NCBI GenBank assembly: GCA_951406725.2 | Contig: OX597815.1 | Span: 175,460,001-175,524,000 of the forward strand | DNA: 64,000 bases | Direction: 5' to 3' | Source of the DNA: Octopus vulgaris | Lineage: Eukaryota | Shown here: positions 1 through 12,958 of the stretch, piece by piece | Position numbering within the stretch: position 1 is the first letter of the stretch | Layout: the number at the start of each line of letters is the position of its first letter | Notes under the pieces: model-generated | The model's input: the letters and a program-made list of their open reading frames with translations, nothing else | The model's database searches: none | Told to the model about the DNA's origin: nothing | Made by a program: the position numbers and the translations under genes

Positions 1-533
1 AGAATTATCAGAGCAAGAAACAGATGGGATTTTGTCAGCTCCAGAACTTCTCTCACAGGATTATGCTTTGATATTTAATATTGATTTTAAATTTTGGCAC
101 AATTTTGAGAGAAGTGGTGGGTTGATTATGTTGACCCCAATAATCAGTTGGTACTTGATTTATCAACCCCAAAAGGATGAAAAACAAAGTCGACCTCAGT
201 ACAATTTGAACTCAGAATGTAAAGATGGACAAAATACTGCTAAGCATTTTGTCCAGCATGCTAACGACTCGTTAATCAGCTCACTGCTCGTTAATATAAA
301 ATATTGATTACACTTATATAGAGGTTTATAGTTACTTGAATTCATCTTAAAACATTAATGTCAGTGGGTCAACCAATCTTAGTAGGACAGAAAGCAAAGT
401 GACAACCAGATGGATTTGAACTTAGAACATGAAGACAGACAACTAAATACTACATTTAGTCTAGCATTCTACCATTTCATCTACACAGCCACCTGCTATC
501 TTTAAACTCATTTCAAGTATTTTAAAGCCAGTT

Positions 534-1311
534 TGAGGTCTGATCAAAAAGTATCGAGACTGTTGCTATGGTAACAGAGCTAAAGTACACAGAGTGAAGC
601 TTCTTGGCACAGGTTGACCTTCAACTCTGTAGCACATGCACACTAAATCATAATGTTCTCTTTCTCTCTCTCTCTTCTGTTGTTTATAGCAGTGTGGGAA
701 ATATAAAGTGTTGTAGAGTGGGGTCATCTCAAAACAAAGACTGAGTTTCTTATTTCTTTATTGCCCACAAGGGGCTAAACTTAGAGGGGACAAACAAGGA
801 CAGACAAAGGGAAAGTTGATTACATTGACCCCAGTGTGTAACTGGTACTTAATTTATCAACCCCGAAAGGGTGAAAGGCAAAGTCAACCTCGGCGGAATT
901 TGAACTGAGAACGTAACGGCAGACGAAATACCGCTAAGCATTTCACCTGGCGTGCTAACGATTCTGCCAGCTCACAGCTGTGCACGATCTCCTCGGTTGT
1001 GTTGAGGAATGCAAAAACGCTTTTGAAATGGTCATGGCAGGTGACAAATTGTTGGTCCATGGCTATGACCCTGAAACCAAGGTTTGAGAGGAACACGATT
1101 TCAAGATGTCGATGAAATCCAAGAGAATGTGACAAGGTGACTACTTGCTTCCCCACAAAAAGGAATTCCTGGAATGCTTCCAGCAATGTTGAATCAAGTG
1201 TGGAACTTCAGAAGGGGACAACTTCAAAAAAAGGAGATTCAATGCCAAACCGATGTGTGTTGTAGTTTTCTTTTCATAGCAGCAGCTGTGATACCTTCTG
1301 ATCAGGTTTGT
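534..1311 (+). mobile_element. Degenerate mariner element interrupted by a SINE
   Basis: Imperfect TIRs (TCTGATCAAAAAGTATC / GATACCTTCTGATCAG); remnant LRGTRFQDVDEIQENV..EGDNF at ~1085-1225. Confidence 0.7.
745..975 (-). mobile_element. tRNA-derived SINE, family B (other copies ~85-285 -, 2010-2230 +, 2241-2465 +, 18165-18385 -, 31703-31933 -, 45590-45805 -)
   Basis: GAGCTGGCAGAATCGTTAGC..GTTCAAATTCC..GACTTTGCCTTTCATCCTTTCGGGG consensus, repeated across the window. Confidence 0.9.
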
Positions 1312-2596
1312 ATACTAAGGTGAAGTCATCATAATAATCATTTTGGTTTTAATGTCCATTGAACATACAACCAGGCACTGAATGGGGAGGATGGGGGGGG
1401 GGGTTGCTCTGCAGTACAGAATGACAACACTTGTATATTCTGTGTCATTTCCTTTGTGAGCTCCAGCATCCTTTAATCTAGTTGTGTTAATACTTCCATC
1501 TAATCTCTTGATACATGGTAGCTTGCATTCGTTATGTCCATTACATCCATAATGATGGAGTTACTTTCCTTAATTTTCATCTGCCTTCCCATCTTATTTC
1601 AACCTTTATGCAGGTTGAATATTTAATAAATCCCTCTCAACTCATTCTAGTCCATCCTCAGCAGATCTCCATCCCAAGCCTGTCTCCTACATTGATTCAG
1701 CTTCAATCATTTTACTCCTTCCATTCCTTCTTTATTATTATTATTATTGTTACATTACAACTGCTTCCAGTACCTATGTAGGAGCACCTTTCTAGCAATG
1801 AAAAGAACAATTGAACTGAGTTCAGTACATAACTGGTACTTATGCTATTCATTCTGTCACTCCCCCAACAAATGAGAAGCAAATTCCATTCTAGCAATAT
1901 TTGGTTCCAAATGAAACTAAATGCTTTCATGTATTTGTGTTGGGTTTTTTCTTCCATTGCTGTAATAACAACGTATTTCGATTTGTCTTTCAATATTTTG
2001 AATTTCTATAAAGTGGAAAGCTGGCAGAATCATTAGCATGCTGGGCATAATGCTTGGTGGCATTTTGTTTGTCTTCAGGTTCTGAGTTCAAATTCTGCTG
2101 AGGTCGACTTTGCCTTGCATCCTTTTGAGGTCAATACAATAAGTACAGGTTGAGTACTGGGGTCGATATAATCGACTTGCTTCATCCCTTGAAATTGCTG
2201 GCTTTGTGCCAAAATTTGAAACCAATATTTTGAATTTCTAAGGCAGTGAGCCGGCAGAATTGTTGGCACTCCAGGCAAAAGGCTTAGCGGCATTTCATGC
2301 ATCTTCACTTCCTGAGTTCAAATCCCACTGGGGGTTGGCTTTGCTTTTCATCCTTCTGGGGTTGATGAAATAAGTACCACTGGTGTACTGGGGGTTCACT
2401 TAACCAACTAGATCTTAACCCCTGCCACCCATAATTTCAGGCCTTGTGCCTATGGCAGGAAGGAATATTTCTGCTAGATTAAAGAGACAGCTGACAAAGA
2501 AATAGGGGTATTTTGATATAATAAATAAATTTGGTAGAAAGGGTTAAAACATTAAAGAAAAATGGAAACATCATTGGGAAATAGAAAGATAGTTAC

Positions 2597-2681
2597 CTGT
2601 TGCCATTAAAGCTGAAGATTGTGTAAGACTAAGTTTTTCAGCAGGTCGAGATAAATCCCCTAAACCAGCAATTACAAGGGA
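2597..2681 (-). CDS. MPC2: MPC2 third coding exon (SLVIAGLGDLSRPAEKLSLTQSSALMAT-G), 85 bp
   Basis: Polypyrimidine tract plus TTTTCAG acceptor, donor CAG|GTAACT; matches the MPC2 segment LVxAGLxDxxRPAEKLSxxQSxxLMATG. No downstream exon found in 1-2596. Confidence 0.95.
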
Positions 2682-4079
2682 CTGAAAACAAGAGCAAAAA
2701 AAAGAAATGTTTATGACCCCAGTAATATTGAAGTAATGCATTTGAGAAAAACAAAAGAGAGATATCAATTAACTATATTTTAATTCTAGTATTCTTCAAA
2801 CAGTCCTGGGACGACTTAATACTTAATATTAATATTTTATCACAAGATTATCTTCTGCTCTAATCCAGCCTCCTTTCATTTTCAACTGGAGTATCAATGT
2901 ACATACAGGACACTTACCTCTCTCCCCCTAACCCTCACATCAACAGGCACCAAACCACTACCCCCCTTTCCAGCTGAAGGGGTTTTGCAAGTTACTCGGT
3001 GACCCTGTTAGTGCTGGTGCCATGGAAAAAGCAACCTAGTACCGCTCTGTAAAGTGGTTGGCATTAAGAAGGGCATCCAACTGTAGATACCATGCCAAAA
3101 CAGAGAGAGGAGCCTGGTATGGTTCCTGGCCTTATCAGCTCCTGTGAAATTGTTCAACCCATACCAGCATGGAAAACAAACTTTTATATAACAATGACGA
3201 TTACAATTATCAGTAAACTTGTTGTTGATCTAAACTGGATATAAACTTCCCGTAATTTTAGATTCGCAATTCTTCAAGGTGAACATGAATAGTAAGTCGA
3301 ACAAGGCTCAGTGTTATATTGAATAATGTTGAATGTTATTACAAGGAATAATGACTTATAGAATATAATAATAATCTACTAAAATTAAGGCATTTTCCAC
3401 ATATTTTGCAGAACCACATATTCTGCAGTATTCATAGCAGTATCAGCAAGATGTCAGATGAATGCTTTGCAATGTTCAGTTCCATTGTTTTATGTTAGGA
3501 ATTCAAATCTAAATGATGTGAAATTTTCCTTTTATTATTTCAGCATCAATAAAGTAAATACTATTCAAACACTGGTGGTGGGGATATGATTGACTACTCT
3601 CTCTCTCAAAATGCATGGTTTTCTGTCTATGTTAGAAAACATTATAGTCTTTGATCAAAGACCAGAAACTTGTCTACACAAAGCCTGGCAGATGCACAAT
3701 GTGAGAGTGCACCTTTGCTGCAGATTTGAAGAAGTGCCACTCTAAAGTTTCAAACAGCAAAAATTACATAAATCTTCACTTGGAACTTTTGTGTGAATTG
3801 GCCTTGAAAACAGAGTTGGTAGAGAAACAATTGCAACTGACCATTAAAGATGTGCTAAGGTTTTTCTTTGTCTTATTTGGATTAGATTTTACTCTTCGGT
3901 TAACCCACATTTTTAGCTTTACTGTTGTGAAATCAGGATTTTCTACAGCTGAAGAATTTTGTTATTAGTCTGGAATTCAATAGTGCAGATAGCCTAAAGC
4001 CTGGGTTGAATGCTGCATTGGAAATACTCTACCTTACCAGGACCATAGACATACATCTCTCTCTCTCTCTCTCTCTATA

Positions 4080-4129
<50 letters not shown>

Positions 4130-4395
4130 AAATTTTCAGAATGAGATAAAATCCAAGGCTGTGAAAGATTTCAGAACATTTATAAATAGAAGGTCTTACA
4201 GCTGTTTCTGGGATATTTTATATATTGGAACTTACTCACAAAGTACTAGAATCTTATATGTATAACATTCTGCCTAAATAATGGAACTACAGATGCAATA
4301 TCCCTGCATATCTCACATCTATTTTCATTCCTCCACTTCACTCTCCATTTCGTATCTTATCTAGAATAACTATTGCTTTACCATTTTCTCGCACC

Positions 4396-4443
4396 GTCTC
4401 CGTTGAAGGGATATATAAAATATCCTGGAAACAGCTGTAAGAC
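4396..4443 (+). ncRNA. Degenerate minimal hammerhead ribozyme motif (Penelope-like terminal repeat)
   Basis: GTCT-CCGTTGA-A-GGGATAT/ATATCCT-G-GAAAC-AGCT-GTA-AGAC; two core departures from CTGANGA. Confidence 0.55.
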
Positions 4444-4634
4444 CTATTTATAAATGTTCTGAAATCTTTCACAGCCTTGGATTTTATCTCATTCTGTAAA
4501 TTTTTAAATTTATATATACACATGCTGACATATGACCTACGTTGGACTCCTTCATTTGCTTAACTATAGCCTGTCCATAGCACTTAGCATTACCTGGACA
4601 CCTTTGGGTCTTATTGACATGCTTACCTCTCATA

Positions 4635-4673
<39 letters not shown>

Positions 4674-5666
4674 AAGAAGAAGAAGAGCAGAATTCAGCCC
4701 AACTTGTCAAATTTACAGTGCTGCCATTGCTTAGAGGAGCTGGAATGGATAAGACAATACTCAATGTGAAGACAATACACAATGTTTATAAAAAGTGTAA
4801 GAAGGGTAAAAAGATATTTCCTTGAAAATAAGCAGAGAAACGAAATACTGAGCAAGTTCAGTAGCCCTGCCAGGCAGCACACCGAGGTTTAATCAGATCT
4901 CATGTTGCTGCTCTCATGAGATCTCTTTCAGTTTCTCATGGCATTTCATGTCAGGTTAGTGCCGAGTGTTGACATATATAAAACATTGCGGAATATTAGG
5001 TAATTAGCATACAATAAAAATAGAATTATGCATTTACATTGTTTTAGAACAAGCATGTCAAGCTAATGTGGAATTGAATAATTAATTAGAAACCAACAGG
5101 GAATTAATTCATCTTAGTTAATGCCACAGTGTAATGATTGCTCTCATTACTATGCAGTTCACACATTCATATTTAATACATGCAGTTTTTTATCTTTTGC
5201 TTATTTCAGTCATGAGACTGTGGCTATGCTGGAGCAATGCCTTGAGGAATGTTTTAGTTGAATGAATTGACACCAGCACTTTTTTTTTTCTCAAAGCCTG
5301 GTGCTTATTCTATCAGTCTCTTTTGCTGAACCGCTTGGTTAGGGGGACATAAACACACTAATACTGGTTGTCAATCAGGACACACACACACATACATATG
5401 TGATGGGCTTCTTTCAGTTTCTGCCTACCATATCCACTCACAAAGCTTTGGTCAGCCCAAGGTTATAGCAGAAGACACTTGCCCAAAGTGCCACACCATT
5501 GGACTGAGCCAAGAATCATGTAGTCGGGAAGCAAACTTATCTCCATACAGACACATTCTGTGCCTGAAAAGAATTATTTCTAAAAATTTTAGATACCCTA
5601 TTATTTTAATGTTACTAAGAGGTCATTTTCATTTGAAAAGCACCGTTTAAAATATGTCAACATAGA

Positions 5667-6048
5667 GGTGCAGGAGTGGCTGTGTGGTAAGTAGCTTGTT
5701 CACCAACCACATGGTTCCAGGTTCAGTCCCACTGCGTGGCACCTTGGGCAAGTGTCTTCTACTATAGCCTCGGGCCGACCAAAGCCTTGTGAGTGGATTT
5801 GGTAGACGGAAACTGAAAGAAGCCCGTCGTATGTATATATATATATGCGTGTGTGTGTTTGTCCCCCTAGCATTGCTTGACAACCGATGTTGGTGTGTTT
5901 ATGTCCCCGTTACTTAGCAGTTCGGCAAAAGAGACCGATAGAATAAGTACCGGGCTTACAAAATAATAAGTCCCGGGGTCGAGTTGCTCAATTAAAGGCG
6001 GTGCTCCAGCATGGCCACAGTCAAAATGACTGAAACAAGTAAAAGAGT
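5667..6048 (+). mobile_element. tRNA-derived SINE, family A (other copies ~5190-5565 -, 10340-10740 +, 16080-16380 -, 22676-23115 +, 41225-41420 -)
   Basis: A box TGGCTGTGTGG, B box GGTTCAGTCCC, central microsatellite, tail GGCGGTGCTCCAGCATGGCC..TGACTGAAAC. Confidence 0.9.
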
Positions 6049-7419
6049 ATATTTATATAAATATTTACACACACATATTGATTATATGAATGAAGAAATT
6101 GAACATTCAAACTTTGTTTATTTACAGTTGGCTTCATCATCATCATCATCATCATCATCATTTAACGTCCGTTTTCCATGCTAGCATGGGTTGGATAGTT
6201 TGACCAGGGTCTGGGAAGCCAGGAGGCTGCACCAGGCTCCAATCTTGATCTGGCAGTGTTTCTACAGCTCGATGACCTTCCTAGTGCCAACCACTCCGTG
6301 AGTGTAGTGGGTGCTTTTTATGTTCCACCAGCACAGGGGCCAGAGGAGGCTGACAACAGTCACGATCGATTGGTGCTTTTTACGTGCCACTGGCACAGAA
6401 GCCAGTCATGGCGGCACTGGTGATTTCTGCACCCTAAGCAATAGAAAATCTGGCTGCAATTTTCAAGGTCCCCTACACACAAATCAAAAGATCCATCAAA
6501 GCCTCCAGACTAACCAAAACTTTCGAGAACCATTACCTATCAATCAACCCCCATCATCTCACAGACAATGGAAAAATTTGCCTCCGAGATTTAACTCTCA
6601 ACATGGATACTTCAAACATTCAACTAGACACAACTTAACTAAACAACATAACTTCTCCCCCTACCCACATTACAAAATTAACAATAAATTCAACCCAAAC
6701 CACATCAACCACAGGCAATATAACAACCCTCAGAATAACCCTAATCTATTCCCACTACACAGCCACTCCGCAACACGGTCCGAGCTTTCCTTGTAACTTT
6801 TAGGAAAATGGGGGGTGGGGAGTCAATTAAATTTTATAGAAATACCTTTCAAACGGCATAATTTACGATTATAAAGAAATTTATGGGGAAAATCTTGAGG
6901 GTGGGAGAGGACTTTCGGAAAAGTCCCAAGATCTGAATTTTCCATGCTGTCGTGTTGGATGGTATGATGAGCTCGTCATACCATAATATTTTTGTTGTTT
7001 TTGTAAAATCTCAGAAAATAATTAAAAATTCACATTTTTTGTCAAATTATATTTTGTTATATTTGTTTATCTATCCAACTGTAAACATTTTAAATATTTC
7101 ACTAACTTTTTGTTATAGCTTGGCAAAAGGGTACATATTTTGCCAAAAATTGCTAAATTTGTTCTCACAGTCTTCTTCATCCACAACTAGAATTGTAAAC
7201 TTTCTCTTGAAAATATTTCAAACTAGTCAAAGTTGAGAGTTTGACAGATTTGGGAAGAAATATACAGTGTTTCAAGGTAACATCCTTTGGTGACTTATAG
7301 ACATGTGTAGTAACGACGACAGCATGGAAGATGGACATTCAGTGATGATGATGATGACAATTACTCTCATAATGGAGTTTGTAACAAGTCCTAGTAAGCA
7401 AGAAAACAGACAGGCCTCC

Positions 7420-8190
7420 ACCCACTTCAGGTAAATGGCCTTGCTCAATATGTAAGAGAGACGTGAAAAGAAACTTGTTGCAGTGTGCCTAGGGCCAGAG
7501 GGAGACACAAGCAGTGCATCAGAATCACAGAAAGTCAGAGAGAGAAAGAAGCGTTTTGTCTATGGAAGATGGGCAGGAGCAATGAACACTAAGGACACAG
7601 GAGAAACCAATCTTTTGCAAATGGCCCCGGAGAGCTGCAACGAGTTCCAGTTTGCTTTGGTATGGTGTCCACTATTGGTTGCCCTTCTGAAAACCATTCA
7701 ATCAAGAGTGGGAGTAGTATAGGGGTAGGGGATAATTTTGAGAACAGTTGAGAGATTAAAAGTATATTGAGACAGAGAGAGGTGTTTTGCTGCAGAGTAG
7801 ATACATGGATACTCAAGTTGGAAGAGAAAGGAGAGTGAGTTAAATTAGAGAGTAAGGAGTGATTGTGAGAGAGATGGTGGCAAAGCTGTGTCCGGACAGG
7901 GTCCTTCAAGGCCAATGGGGGTGGAGAGAATAAATGAGGTGATACAGAAGTTTGGACTGGGTGAGTGGGCAGGACTGAAGTGTCTGTAGCAAATGATGAA
8001 GAGAAACAAAGAGAACGTTCTGGGGTGGGGGTTGTGGTAGATGTGTGAGGGCATTTAGTGTGATTGCAGGTAAGTAAGGAGAACAGCACAGAGGAGAGAA
8101 GGTGCAGAAAGGAGGTGATTGGAGGAGACAGTAGGTGGGGTACAAACACAAACATTCGGCTGGTCCCTTCATTTATATGAAGCTGAGACA
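7420..8190 (-). mobile_element. Possible decayed Penelope-like element fragment
   Basis: Purine-skewed segment with faint PLE-like motifs (FRRATN, PGPF..LCP); weak support. Confidence 0.3.
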
Positions 8191-8464
8191 TCACTCTGCC
8201 ATTACTTCAAGTTTCCATTACAATCATCATTTCTTCTTCATGAGGAACATGACAGTGAAGGCAAAACTGGAGTAGCAATAGAATGAAATCTCACCTCTGA
8301 ATAAAAGAATAAATGAATTAGCCATCCTAATTTTCCTCATTGAGAAAGGGTGCCACAGCTACCTGTCTTTTCGTTAAACTTTTAAGAACTCACGTCAGTT
8401 CTTGTAGAACATTTTTATCAATGATGTTTTGCTTTGGCAGTAGAAAATAAATTCAATACATTAC

Positions 8465-8505
8465 CCATTTAAAAGCTGGTGCCCAAAAGAAAATAGTCTT
8501 AGGAC
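8465..8505 (-). CDS. MPC2: MPC2 second coding exon (G-PKTIFFWAPAFKW), 41 bp
   Basis: Acceptor TTCTTTTAATTGTAG and donor TGG|GTAATG; encodes the hallmark MPC motif GPKTxFFWAPxxKW. Confidence 0.95.
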
Positions 8506-9679
8506 CTACAATTAAAAGAAAAGGAAATCAATTATAAAGTCATAAAATGATCATATTTCTTGATTAGTAAGATACATCCTTTTCTTGAAAAATTCCTTCA
8601 AATTACTTTGCATCTTACCAATAAAAGGGCAGGTTGCAGAGTGAACCCAGCAGTCAAACTCTATTTTGCCTGCTGGGTCCAGTCCTCACTAGACCCACAT
8701 TTAATAAAATGTAACTCAATACTCTGATTACCATTTGTATTAAAGGTAAGACGTTTACAAGTGAGTACTGGTACCAATAACAGATTGTCCTTTTTTTTTT
8801 TAATGTTTTGATTTATAGGTAATTAGCAATATTGGTGCCTCCCATATTATTTGTAGACAGGTGTCACCAGTAACACTGTCATCTTAACTCTTCAGCTACA
8901 CCTGCCCCATGACACTACACAGTGGTAACTAATCAGAAGAGACATACATAATTAGTTACAAACTACATGCTACACACTAGGGACAGGTGCATAAAAAGCA
9001 CAAGTGCTGGTGTCACATAAAAAGCTCCTGTGCAACGTAGAAAGTACCCAGTACATTCTGTAAAGTGGTTGGCATTAGGAAGGACATCCATTGATAGAAA
9101 ACAGACTTGGAGCCTGGTGCAACTTCTCTTTGGCTTGCCACCTCCTGCCAAACCATTCAAGCCATGCCAACAGGGAAAAGAGATGTTAAACGATGATGAT
9201 GATGATGATGAAGACTACGAAACAACTCAGCAACCAAGTAGCTGAGTGCCAGAATGGACCACCACCACAGACTGTAAAAATGATACATGAACGAAGAAAA
9301 CCGGGAAAGTTATGAATAAAGTAAACATAAAGAAAGCAAGAATAAAAATCAATGGAGTTTGTCTCAATTATGGGGAGACAATCAATGGAACATGGAGAAT
9401 CCAGCCTGAACAAAGATGACAGTGTGCAAGGAAAGAAAATTGGATTCAGGGTGAGGAAGCATGAGAGGAAAGACCCTAATTGTACAGAAAATGCTTAAAG
9501 AACATGAAGAAGAACAATGCTGGAGTTTCGCAAATAAATTGTGGCTGTGTGGTAAGAAGTTTACTTCTCAACCACAAGATTCCAGATTCAGTCCTACCAT
9601 AGCCTTATGAGTGGATTTGGTCGATGGAAACTGAAAGAAGCCTGTTGTATAAATGTGTATATATAATATATATATATAT

Positions 9680-9927
9680 ATACGGCACATGAAAAAACAT
9701 TTGTGCGAGGTCGTTGCTAGTACTGCCTAACTGGCCCCCGTACCGGTGGCACATAAAAGCACCCACTACGCTCTCGGAGTGGTTGGTGTTAGGAAGGGCA
9801 TCCAGCTGTAGAAACTCTGCCAGATCAAGATTGGAGCCTGGTGCAGCCATCTGGTTCGCCAGACCTCAGTCAAATCGTCCAACCCATGCTAGCATGGAAA
9901 GCGGACGTTAAACGATGATGATGATGA

Positions 9928-9932
<5 letters not shown>
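9680..9932 (+). mobile_element. RTE 3' UTR fragment (related copies at ~2960-3200 +, 6135-6420 -, 8980-9212 +, 55428-55770 -)
   Basis: AGGAAGGGCATCCAGCTGTAGAAAC..CCATGCTAGCATGG..(GAT)n signature. Confidence 0.85.
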
Positions 9933-9968
<36 letters not shown>

Positions 9969-11148
9969 CAATATAGGGTAGCAAAAAATTCAGTAGAAAT
10001 TATTTGCCACCATATATATATATATGTGACAATTAGTTGATTGACATAATAAAACTCGGATACCGGGGCTGAAGTCTGCTCTGGCATCTCATCAGTTATT
10101 AAGACAAAATGCCTATGTGTTTTATTATGACAACCGACTAATTGTCACATATTATATTTATAGATGAATTCCTCGTCTGATTTGACATGGTTTCTACAGC
10201 TGGATGGCCTAATGCCAACCACTATACAGAGTGTACTGGATGCCTTTTACCTGGTGCCAGCACGGGTACAATTCACACAGGGGTATACAAAACAGAAGTA
10301 ACAAATAAAAAACATAAGTGGTGGTTGGAGACAAACACAAATGGTGGCTGTGTGGTAAGAAGCTTGCTTCCCAACCACATGGTTCCGGGTTCAGTCCCAC
10401 TGCATGACACCTTGGGCAAGTGTCTTCTACTGTAGCCTTGAGCTGACCAAAGCTTTGTGAGTGGATATGGTAGATGGAAACTGAAAGAAGCTCATTGTGT
10501 GTGTATATATATATATTTATATGTGTGTGTACTTGTATCTGTGTTTGTCCTCCCACCATCACTTGACAGTCGATGTTGGAGTGTTTATGTTTCCAAAACT
10601 TAGTGGTTTGGCAAAAGAGACTGATAGAATAAGTACTAGACTTACAAAGAATAAGTCCTGGGGTCGATTTCTTCGACTAAAGGTAGTACTCCAGCATGGC
10701 CACAGTCAGATGACTGAAGCATGTCAAAAAGTAAAATAAAATGAAAACTTGGCCAGCAGTTGTTCCCATTGATTTAGCAGATTGGAGTTATAAGCAGTGA
10801 AGAAGCCATAGAAATGTTTTATGGTAGAAGAGTGGAACCAGTGCACGACTGCTGGGAATTTAGCATGAGGTTGGCTGAAAACAATTAGAGACAATAAGAG
10901 TGGATGACAATAATGCATCTGGATGATACTTATGTGCAGAAAGTGGAGGAGACAAGTGTTGTCTGCATATGAGTGAGTTGTTATGAGCGACTGTATGTAG
11001 GTCGTTATGAAGAAGAAAAGTGTGAGAGATAAGTGCACCTTGGAATAGATCATAGACTGGCTGTTCTCTTTAAGGCTAGAAAAATACTTCATCTCTTGAA
11101 CCAACTACTGACCCTCTTCAAACCTTAGTTGAGACCCACAATGAAATA

Positions 11149-11709
11149 CAGGGTGGCCCAAAAGTAGGTTTACAGTTATCACGTAGGCACTCTAAATTTC
11201 TTTTAAAACATTTTATTACATTAAAATTTTTATCTTACAACCACATTGTTTATGCACATCTTAAACAATGTTTAATCTCTCAGATGCTCAAAATCTCCTT
11301 CAACATTGCAATATTCTTCAAACCTCTTCAGAACACTCTGACACACAGTGTGGCTCGAATTCCGATCTCCATCAATTTCAGTGAATGCATCAGAAATGTA
11401 ATCTTTTAAAACATTTACTGTTTTAGGATTCTTCTCATAAACCTTGTTCTTTACAACACCCCCAAAAAAGAAATCCATTGGTGTCAGGTCAGGTGAATGT
11501 GGTGGCCATTCGAAGCTGCCACGTCTTCCAAACCAATGCTGTGGAAAGGCTTGGTTAAGGTACTCTCTTACTGTCAACGCATAATGTGGAGATGCTCTAT
11601 CTTGCTGAAAAATGGTTTCAAATTTTTTTTTAATTAAGATCTAAATTGTTAATATCTGAATGCAAAAGAGATAGTTGAATAACTGTAAACCTACTTTTGA
11701 GCCACCCTG
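11149..11709 (-). mobile_element. Internally deleted Tc1/mariner element
   Basis: ~30-bp TIRs CAGGGTGGCCCAAAAGTAGGTTTACAGTTAT, TA duplication on both sides, transposase C-terminus WPPHSPDLTPMDFF. Confidence 0.93.
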
Positions 11710-12049
11710 TACTATTCCACATGTAAGATGGTGCTGTTGCTACAAACACACAATCATCCTACACTGTATCCATAGAAGGCCACCCTACTGATTGGCATGA
11801 AGTTGCTCATCAAGACACTCCATTTCTACAGTGGGTCCTCCTTGGAGTTGGCTGCTCTTGAATGGCCTCTACATAGGCACTCTTGACTTCCTTGTTTTTT
11901 TTGCCTCTAGTTATCCATATTGTATCCTCATGCCCAGGGCCTTGCACTAACCATTATGCCCAGTACTTTCTTCCCAGACGTTGACCTACAGTAAGTCTCA
12001 TTGTTTTGGAGAGCCCTTCAAGGGCCATTAATAGAGCTCTTCCTCACTG

Positions 12050-12505
12050 GAAAAAGTGCCATACCCTAGTGGTTGAGGGAACCTGTGGAAGAGGTAGACC
12101 CAGGAAAACCTGGGACGAGGTGGTGAAGTACAACCTTCAAACATTAGGCCTCACCGAGGCAATGACTAGTGACTGAGACCTTTGGAAATATGCTGTGCGT
12201 GAGAAGACCTGGCAGGACAAGTGAGACCATAATGCATGGCCTTTACCAGGGATGTAGCCGGCCCGCTTATGCATACCTTTCCGGTGGCACGTAAAGAAGC
12301 ACCATTTCGAGTGTGGCCCTCGTGCAGGTGGCACGTAAGAACACCCACTGCAGTCTTGGAGTGGTTGGCGTTAGGAAGGGCATCTGGCTGTGGAAGCTCT
12401 GCCAGATCAGATTGGAGCCTGACACAGCCATCTGGTTCGCCAGTCCTCAGTCAAATCGTCCAACCCATGCTAGCATGGAAAGCGGACGTTAAATGATGAT
12501 GATGA
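12050..12505 (+). mobile_element. RTE LINE 3' fragment with (GAT)n tail
   Basis: Encodes GRGRPRKTWDEVV..DLWKYAVREKT; 3' UTR matches the 49334-49800 family. Confidence 0.9.
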
Positions 12506-12561
12506 TATATATCTATATATATATCTATATATATATCTATATATATATATATACACACACA

Positions 12562-12958
12562 CTGTGCTTGGGGAGACCTATTGAGTCAAGTATATCAACA
12601 TCAAAAAATCAAATGGAAATTGTAGTTGTGATACCTGTGCCGGTGGCACGTAAAAAGCACCATCCAAACGTTGCCAATGCCAGCGCCGCCTTGAGTGGCT
12701 TCCGTGCCGCTGGCACGTAAAAAGCACCAACCAATCGTGGCCTTTGCCAGCCTTGCCTGGCACCTGTGCCGGTGGAACGTAAAAAGCACCCACTACACTC
12801 ATGGAGTTGTTGGCGTTAGGAAGGGCATCGAGCTGTAGAAACACTGCCAGATCAGACTGGAGCCTGGTGCAGCCTCCTGGCTTCCCAGACCCCGGTCGAA
12901 CCGTCCAACCCATGCTAGCATAGAAAACGGACGTTAAACGATGATGATGATGATGATC
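12562..12958 (+). mobile_element. RTE 3' UTR fragment, three motif units
   Basis: GGTGGCACGTAAAAAGCACC units, CCATGCTAGCAT..GGACGTTAAAC(GAT)n end. Confidence 0.85.

Noticed and set aside
1712-1993. Candidate fourth MPC2 exon (FIW..WNL)
   Set aside because: Spacing and residues do not fit IWSRYSxVIxPKNW, and no suitable splice sites were found.
5667-5745. tRNA genes
   Set aside because: A/B boxes belong to SINE heads that continue into SINE bodies; no complete cloverleaf.
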